DNA from: a virus
Lineage: Duplodnaviria; Heunggongvirae; Uroviricota; Caudoviricetes
Strand: one strand, 5' to 3'
DNA length: 19,111 nt
Virus record (IMG/VR): IMGVR_UViG_3300047558_000092
Positions within the stretch are counted from its first letter, which is position 1, and every line of letters starts with the position of its first letter. The notes under the pieces were generated by a model that did not search any database, had not been told where the DNA came from, and saw only the letters and a list, made by a program, of their open reading frames with translations. A program made the translations under genes and the position numbers. Shown piece after piece: positions 15,583 through 19,111 of the stretch.

Positions 15583-15942
15583 ATGTCTAACCCATTTTTA
15601 AATTCAACAAAAAGAATGATTGACCAACATGGTCAGTCTGTAACATATACAAAAGTTACCGAAGGCACTTACAATATTGAAACTGGTTCTACGACAAATA
15701 CTGACACAACTTATACCGTCAAGATGTATAAGAAACATATCAGGTCTAACCAATATAACTACCCTAACTTAATCGGTAGAAACGCTGTGATGTTTTACTT
15801 AGCTAATTTAGATTTAGCTTTTACTCCAGAATTACGAGACAAGATTACCGTCAATGGTGAAGTTTTCGATATAGAGTCTATTGTAGAGCATAGTGCTAGA
15901 GGTGAAATAGTTTTATATAAGTTAATTGCCATAAAGGGTTAA
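15583..15942 (+). CDS. Putative head closure/head-tail joining protein; start revised to ATG 15583
   Basis: SD GAGG at 15574-15577. 119 aa, beta-rich, PELRDKITVNGEVFDIESI pattern. Confidence 0.6.
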   Translation: MSNPFLNSTKRMIDQHGQSVTYTKVTEGTYNIETGSTTNTDTTYTVKMYKKHIRSNQYNYPNLIGRNAVMFYLANLDLAFTPELRDKITVNGEVFDIESIVEHSARGEIVLYKLIAIKG

Positions 15943-15944
15943 TT

Positions 15945-16469
15945 ATGAGAGTAACTTGCAACCTTGATGAAGTACTAGCCAGTATTAAAAAGCTAGAGGA
16001 AGAGGTTACTCGTAAACTCGAAGGTATGGTCGAGATATTTGTTTATAACATTGCATGGCAAGCTATTGAGAATACACCTTACGGTAACGCAGTCCAGAAT
16101 GCAAGATACTACAACTCACCTGCTCGTTTAAAATGGTTTATGCCTATTGAAGGTTCTGCTAAAGGTGGTTGGACAGTTACAATGGAGACACCTAGCCGTG
16201 TATTAGTTCCATTACGCGCCGATAGTGAAAACGCTATAAACACTAAAGAAGATGCCGAGAGAGATTCTAAAGCCTATAAGCTTGGTGAGACTGTATATAT
16301 TATGAACAGTGTACCTTACGTAGCTACGGCAGGTTTTACATCCCCTAGTTTTGGTTCCTTAGAGGGCGGCTATTCTGCACAAGCACCTCAAGGTATTATG
16401 GGGCCGACAGTTGATAGCATCTTGAATGTGTATCAGCTTAAGTTAAACGAATATTATAAGGCAACATAA
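15945..16469 (+). CDS. Putative tail completion/neck protein (HK97 gp10-like)
   Basis: Synteny; GSAKGGW, VYIMNSVPY and LEGGYSAQAPQGIMGPT motifs. Confidence 0.65.
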   Translation: MRVTCNLDEVLASIKKLEEEVTRKLEGMVEIFVYNIAWQAIENTPYGNAVQNARYYNSPARLKWFMPIEGSAKGGWTVTMETPSRVLVPLRADSENAINTKEDAERDSKAYKLGETVYIMNSVPYVATAGFTSPSFGSLEGGYSAQAPQGIMGPTVDSILNVYQLKLNEYYKAT

Positions 16470-16876
16470 TGGCTATAGTCGAAATTAAAAAAGCTGCAGA
16501 AAGACACCTTAATACTTTAACTCCAGTTATCCCTACAGCTTGGGAGGGTGTTAGTTTTAAGCCTCCTGCAGGGTTGTATCAAAGAGTTCAGTTTGTTATT
16601 CAACCACCTGAAGACCCTGTATTAGGTACAGGCTTTCATAGAGAACGAGTTACACTACAAGTATTTTTAAATGGTAAATCTAATAAAGGCACTTCAGAGG
16701 TACTAACTCAAGCCGAAATAATTAGAACACATTTTAAAAAAGGTACAGTATTTGTTGAAGGTTCGGTAAAAATCCATATTTTATCTACACCTCAAATTGC
16801 TGGCACTTCTGTAGTTTCAGATAGGGTTATTTGCCCTGTCTTAATAGAATTAGTAGCTGAAGTATATTCGTACTGA
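16469..16876 (+). CDS. Putative tail terminator (DUF4128-like)
   Basis: 135 aa directly before the tail tube gene; AWEGVSFKPP...QVFL...KGT pattern. Confidence 0.6.
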   Translation: MAIVEIKKAAERHLNTLTPVIPTAWEGVSFKPPAGLYQRVQFVIQPPEDPVLGTGFHRERVTLQVFLNGKSNKGTSEVLTQAEIIRTHFKKGTVFVEGSVKIHILSTPQIAGTSVVSDRVICPVLIELVAEVYSY

Positions 16877-16928
16877 TTTGGTTTACTGGTTTCCTAAATC
16901 AGTTCATTTGCAAATGAAAATTTAAATT
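16872..16928. promoter_or_regulatory. Hairpin plus two perfect palindromes upstream of the tail tube gene
   Basis: actgatttgg/ctaaatcagt (16872-16903), ttcatttgcaaatgaa (16903-16918), aatttaaatt (16919-16928). Confidence 0.55.
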
Positions 16929-16940
16929 GGAGAAAACAAT

Positions 16941-18149
16941 ATGACAATCGCAAAAGGTACGGCTAAACAAGTCGGCTACAAAAAAGAAAGCGTATTCGGT
17001 ACATTAGCTGGTGCTTCTGGCGCTAAATTATTACGCCGTGTTACTGCTAACTTTAACTTAACAAAAGAAACATACGAATCAGGTGAAATTAGAACTGACC
17101 GCCAAATTGCCGATTTTCGTCATGGTGTACGTAGTGCAACTGGTTCATTAAATGGTGAATTATCTCCTGCATCTTACGCTGACTTTATCGGCTCAATTTT
17201 AGCACGAGACTTTACGAACGGTGTTTCAACTGTTGGTGCATCAGTAACTATTACTGCAGTAGGTAATGTCTATACATTAGAACGCGCTGCTGGTGATTTC
17301 TTAACTGACGGTTACAAAGTTGGTACAGTAATTCGTTTAGATGGTATCGATTTAAGCGCAGCAAACGTAGGTAATAACTTACTTATCACTAACGTTACAG
17401 ATACAGTATTAACAGTATCTGTTGTAAACGGTGATACTTTAGTTGAAGAAGGCCCAATTGCTGATGTAGATATTGCCACTATTGGTAAGACTACACAAGT
17501 TCCTGCATCAGGCCATACAGACCAATCTTACACAATTGAAGAGTGGTATTCTGATATCGGTCAGTCTGAAGTATTTTCTGGCATGAAGGTAAACAGTGTA
17601 GCTGTACAATTACCTGCCACTGGTTTAACTACTATTGATGTAGGTTTTGCTGGTAAAGATATGGCCCAAACTGGCACTAGTCAGTATTTCTCTTCACCAA
17701 CTGCCCAAGGTAGTAACGGCATCTTTGCTGCTGTTAACGGTGTAATGCTTGTTGACGGTTCACCTGTAGCCTTAATCACTTCTGCTGATTTCACTATTGA
17801 CCGCGCAACAGAAAATGCAGTTACAGTAGGTTCTAACTCTGTTGCTGATATTTTCACAGGTCGTATTCGTGTAAGCGGTAACCTAAGTGTATATTTCCAA
17901 GATGCTGCTTTCCGCACATACTTTGATGAAGAAGTTCCTGTATCCTTAGTTCTAGTTTTAACTAGTGATTCAAGTAAGGACTCTGATTTCGTTACATTCA
18001 CCTTACCTAAAGTAAAATTAGGCAGCTTTACAAAAGATGACGGTGAATTAGGTATTGTTGCTGCAACAAGCTTCCAAGCACTATCTAATGGTGTTGTTTC
18101 TGCTGGTCTTCCAGCCACTACAATCGCTGTACAAGATTCTGCAGCTTAA
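16941..18149 (+). CDS. Major tail tube protein with inserted beta-rich domain
   Basis: 402 aa; SGEIRTDRQIADFRHG, GELS, SYTIEEWYSD and VSGNLSVYFQD motifs; SD GGAG; terminator downstream. Confidence 0.8.
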   Translation: MTIAKGTAKQVGYKKESVFGTLAGASGAKLLRRVTANFNLTKETYESGEIRTDRQIADFRHGVRSATGSLNGELSPASYADFIGSILARDFTNGVSTVGASVTITAVGNVYTLERAAGDFLTDGYKVGTVIRLDGIDLSAANVGNNLLITNVTDTVLTVSVVNGDTLVEEGPIADVDIATIGKTTQVPASGHTDQSYTIEEWYSDIGQSEVFSGMKVNSVAVQLPATGLTTIDVGFAGKDMAQTGTSQYFSSPTAQGSNGIFAAVNGVMLVDGSPVALITSADFTIDRATENAVTVGSNSVADIFTGRIRVSGNLSVYFQDAAFRTYFDEEVPVSLVLVLTSDSSKDSDFVTFTLPKVKLGSFTKDDGELGIVAATSFQALSNGVVSAGLPATTIAVQDSAA

Positions 18150-18171
18150 TAGTTGCCCTTAGAGGCCATAG

Positions 18172-18205
18172 AACCCCTTGGTGAAAACCTTGGGGTTTTT
18201 TTTTT
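18172..18205 (+). terminator. Rho-independent terminator after the tail tube gene
   Basis: aacccc...ggt-GAAA-acc...ggggtt followed by a run of 10 T (18196-18205). Confidence 0.85.
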
Positions 18206-18217
18206 GTTTTCTACATC

Positions 18218-18246
18218 TTGCTTTTTAAGTAAATATATGCTATAAT
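18218..18246 (+). promoter_or_regulatory. Sigma70-type promoter P3 with extended -10
   Basis: TTGCTT (18218-18223), 17-bp spacer, TG-c-TATAAT (18238-18246). Confidence 0.75.
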
Positions 18247-18303
18247 TGTACCTGTATAGCAGATATTATATGTATCTATTTATTAACATCTCGAAAGGAT
18301 AAT

Positions 18304-18723
18304 ATGTCATTTGACTTAGCAAAAAATAATTTAAGCGAAGCTGCAGATATTGGTTTTGAATTTGAACTAGTATACCCTGCAACAGAAGAAAAAACTGGAG
18401 CTTTTATTACAGTACGTGGCGAAGAATCAAAAGTTGTAAAAGCTTACGGACGTAAGAAATTCGCAGAATATGAAGCTAAACGTATTCAAGCTGCCCGTAA
18501 AGGTAAAGAGAATGCTCCACAAGACTTAGACGACCTAGAGGATTCAGCAATCGATGCAGCTGTTGCACGTATTATTAGCTGGCGCGGTATTTCTGATGGT
18601 GGAGTTGAAGTAGTATTTACACCTGAAACAGCTAAAAAAATTATGAAAGAACACAGCTGGATTCGCCAACAAGTACTGGAGGAATCTTCACAGATTCTCA
18701 ACTTTCGACCAAGAGGCGATTGA
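18304..18723 (+). CDS. Tail assembly chaperone (gpG equivalent)
   Basis: 139 aa directly after the tail tube gene; SD AAGGA; ARIISWRGI and HSWIRQQV motifs. Confidence 0.8.
   Translation: MSFDLAKNNLSEAADIGFEFELVYPATEEKTGAFITVRGEESKVVKAYGRKKFAEYEAKRIQAARKGKENAPQDLDDLEDSAIDAAVARIISWRGISDGGVEVVFTPETAKKIMKEHSWIRQQVLEESSQILNFRPRGD
18700..18708 (+). other. Putative +1 programmed ribosomal frameshift site AAC-UUU-CGA
   Basis: UUU (18703-18705) to UUC (18704-18706) slip with CGA in the A site. The +1 frame is open 18647-19087; the -1 frame closes at TAG 18732. Confidence 0.7.
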
Positions 18724-19087
18724 ACAAGCGGTAGCTTTTGCTAATCAAGAATTCAGGTTTAATATAAAAGGTTCAGACGGTTCTAATTTAAAACAGCATT
18801 TAGAAAGCGTCTGGCGACAAACAGGCATAAAGCCAAAGGAATTAAATGAATTGGTAGAGTTACCTACCAGTTGCATCCTTGTTTGGAAATATTTTATGTC
18901 ATTACATTCTACAAGAACTAGTAATGGTTTTGGAGCAAATCCGATTACGTTCTCAGAAATGAAAAGTTATTTTGATTTAATTCAAGTTGAACCTGAAGAG
19001 TGGGAGATAGATTTAATTAGAAGATTCGATTCTGCGGCAATCGATTCCTATGAAGAGGCTGCTAAAAAATCGGCTCCAAAGCAATAA
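18707..19087 (+). CDS. gpT portion of the G-T tail assembly chaperone fusion (DUF1799-like); longer than the 18851 ORF call
   Basis: Frame reads DQEAIEQAVAFANQEFRFNIKGSDGSNLKQHLESVWRQTGIKPKELNELVELP...GFGANPITFSEMKSY...PEEWEIDLIRRFD. No ATG before the TTG at 18851. Confidence 0.75.
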   Translation, partial: DQEAIEQAVAFANQEFRFNIKGSDGSNLKQHLESVWRQTGIKPKELNELVELPTSCILVWKYFMSLHSTRTSNGFGANPITFSEMKSYFDLIQVEPEEWEIDLIRRFDSAAIDSYEEAAKKSAPKQ

Positions 19088-19097
19088 GCAACAATAT

Positions 19098-19111
19098 GCC
19101 CTCTACGGAGG
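19098..19111 (+). terminator. Probable hairpin truncated by the window end
   Basis: cctc-TACG-gagg (UNCG-type loop); any U-tract lies outside the window. Confidence 0.35.

Noticed and set aside
933-16918. Shared CATT-N4-AATG core in palindromes at 937-948 and 16905-16916 as a common operator
   Set aside because: Only two instances, different centres and flanks, and the first is better explained as an RNA hairpin.
18634-18640. A7 run as a -1 slippery site in the tail chaperone
   Set aside because: The -1 frame ends at TAG 18732, and the +1 frame has TGA at 18644 just downstream, so a shift here cannot reach the T domain.
18678-18683. GGAGGA as SD for independent initiation of the T ORF
   Set aside because: No ATG, GTG or TTG in the T frame at SD distance; it is also too far upstream to act like the prfB stimulatory SD.
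5644-18701. All minus-strand ORFs in the track (5644, 7871, 8333, 8693, 9737, 10540, 12944, 13702, 17681, 18486)
   Set aside because: Each lies almost entirely antisense to a well-supported + strand gene; they are shadows of biased codon usage, with no recognisable motifs.
1-19111. tRNA genes, CRISPR arrays, IS elements, DGR template repeats
   Set aside because: No cloverleaf, repeat-spacer array, transposase or adenine-mismatched repeat pair was visible; manual inspection could miss degenerate cases.

Overview
The window is about 19 kb of the packaging and virion-morphogenesis region of a tailed dsDNA phage, probably a siphovirus: there is a tail tube and tail assembly chaperone but no sheath gene in the expected position. 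All credible genes are on the + strand. Order: C-terminus of a Gly-rich gp38-like adhesin, hypothetical gene, cupin, a ~185-nt non-coding stretch tiled with hairpins, three membrane proteins, terS-like gene, terL, portal, a 6.2-kb five-gene fibre/adaptor cassette bracketed by near-identical sigma70-type promoters, prohead protease, scaffold, decoration protein, major capsid protein, neck and tail-completion genes, tail tube, tail assembly chaperone G/GT. The most interesting signals are: (1) a candidate multi-hairpin structured RNA that ends in an SD-sequestering hairpin; (2) a +1, not -1, frameshift at UUU-CGA making the GT chaperone; (3) a prohead protease whose putative catalytic motifs are split across two genes; (4) a recurring C-terminal (I/L)(D/E)(G/S)GxY tag placed next to N-terminal GELA domains, suggesting plug-and-socket fibre chaining; (5) a nested scaffold start. 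All family assignments come from motif recognition by eye; no database search or folding calculation was run.
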